Below are positions 56,986 to 57,693 of a stretch of 57,693 bases of DNA, one piece after another. The notes under the pieces were generated by a model that searched no databases, was not told the DNA's origin, and worked only from the letters and a program-made list of their open reading frames with translations. The translations under genes were made by a program, and so were the position numbers. The stretch lies in assembly GCA_035494915.1 (NCBI GenBank), contig DATJGP010000038.1, positions 1 to 57,693 on the forward strand. Reading direction: 5' to 3'. The stretch comes from Candidatus Eiseniibacteriota bacterium (GTDB taxonomy: Bacteria; Eisenbacteria; RBG-16-71-46; SZUA-252). The number at the start of each line of letters is the position of its first letter. The stretch's first letter is position 1.

Positions 56986-57660
56986 TCAAGGAGTGACTCG
57001 CGCGGCGGTCCCGACCACCCGCGAATGCCGGTCGAGCCAGATAGCCCATGGAACGAGGATGTAGAGGCCGAACGCCGAATACATCACCGCCTTCATGCTC
57101 GGGGGCGGAGCGCCGTTCACCACGTCGGCGAAGAGGAAGAGGAGGAGGAGAACGAGCGACGAGAAGGCGATCCATCCCTGCGCGCCACGGGGTCGGTACG
57201 CCCGGAGCCAGAGCCCGAGGCCGAGCGCGAAGAGGCCCAGCTCCACCACGGCGGTGGCGAGCCGGTGATTCCACACGCCGAACCCGAAGCGCGTCTCGAT
57301 GCCGGGAGCGAGCTGAAGGTCGGGACGGTGCACGACGAGGTCGAAGACCCAGTGGCTCAGGACCGCGATCGCGAGCCACACGGCCGCGCGGGTCGAGCCC
57401 CGGAGCGCGCGGTACGCGAGGCCGAAGAGCGCGGCCCACACGACCGCCATCGCGAGGCTATGGGACCAGGGGTAGTACTGGAAATCGAGGGGAGTGACGA
57501 CCGTGATTCCCGGCACCACGCGCGCGCGCTCCCAACCGAGCGCGAGGAAGACGGGCCAGACCGCGTCCAAAAAAAGCGGGGCCAAGAGGAGCGCTCCAAG
57601 CGACGTCTTCGGAGCGACCCGCTTCCCCGCGAAACCCACGGCGATGTGCCCCAGGAACAT
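56986..57660 (-). CDS. Multi-pass membrane protein, possibly a YdjM/DUF457-like metal-dependent hydrolase
   Basis: 224-aa hydrophobic ORF containing MFLGHIAVGF, YPWSHSL and LSHWVFDLVVH. These resemble the His-rich motifs of the membrane-bound YdjM family. The assignment is weak. Confidence 0.4.
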   Translation of the reverse strand: MFLGHIAVGFAGKRVAPKTSLGALLLAPLFLDAVWPVFLALGWERARVVPGITVVTPLDFQYYPWSHSLAMAVVWAALFGLAYRALRGSTRAAVWLAIAVLSHWVFDLVVHRPDLQLAPGIETRFGFGVWNHRLATAVVELGLFALGLGLWLRAYRPRGAQGWIAFSSLVLLLLFLFADVVNGAPPPSMKAVMYSAFGLYILVPWAIWLDRHSRVVGTAARVTP

Positions 57661-57693
57661 GGTCGAAGCACCTCGCGTTGCGCCCGAGGGCGC

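Overview
This is a high-GC (visually about two-thirds G+C) bacterial chromosomal window. It is tightly packed, and every credible gene (about 47 CDS) lies on the minus strand. At least 16 gene junctions are 4-nt start/stop overlaps (ATGA, GTGA or TTGA). I found no rRNA, tRNA, CRISPR array or mobile element. In transcription order (right to left), the content is: a membrane protein; a Ser/Thr kinase fused to a TolB-like propeller; an LPS/KDO plus rpoN block (kdsB, pyrG, kdsA, kdsD, lptC, lptB, rpoN, hpf); hprK, a complete mannose-class PTS (EIIA-D), ptsH and ptsI; a PGI/PMI isomerase; a sugar nucleotidyltransferase interrupted by an in-frame TGA; metK, ahcY, ftsK, rimO; TPR/BamD-like proteins; nadD, polA, coaE; prfB with its classical +1 frameshift site; and a phosphomannomutase. 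An envelope-rich segment follows: two secreted proteins with T9SS/FlgD-Ig-like C-terminal domains, DUF4912 plus a GH57 branching enzyme, a DOMON/EB_dh-like lipoprotein plus a PorV/FadL-like barrel, and TldD/PmbA. Next is a four-gene outer-membrane operon (SusC-like TonB-dependent receptor, 937-aa CTD protein, PorV-like barrel, GWxTD protein), and finally pfk-gap-pgk. That OM operon and the neighbouring CTD cargo genes are the best candidate for an uncharacterised system. The gene content suggests an FCB-superphylum-like lineage (Gemmatimonadota or 'Eisenbacteria'-like), but this is inference only. All family assignments come from motifs read in the translated ORFs. No database search was run.
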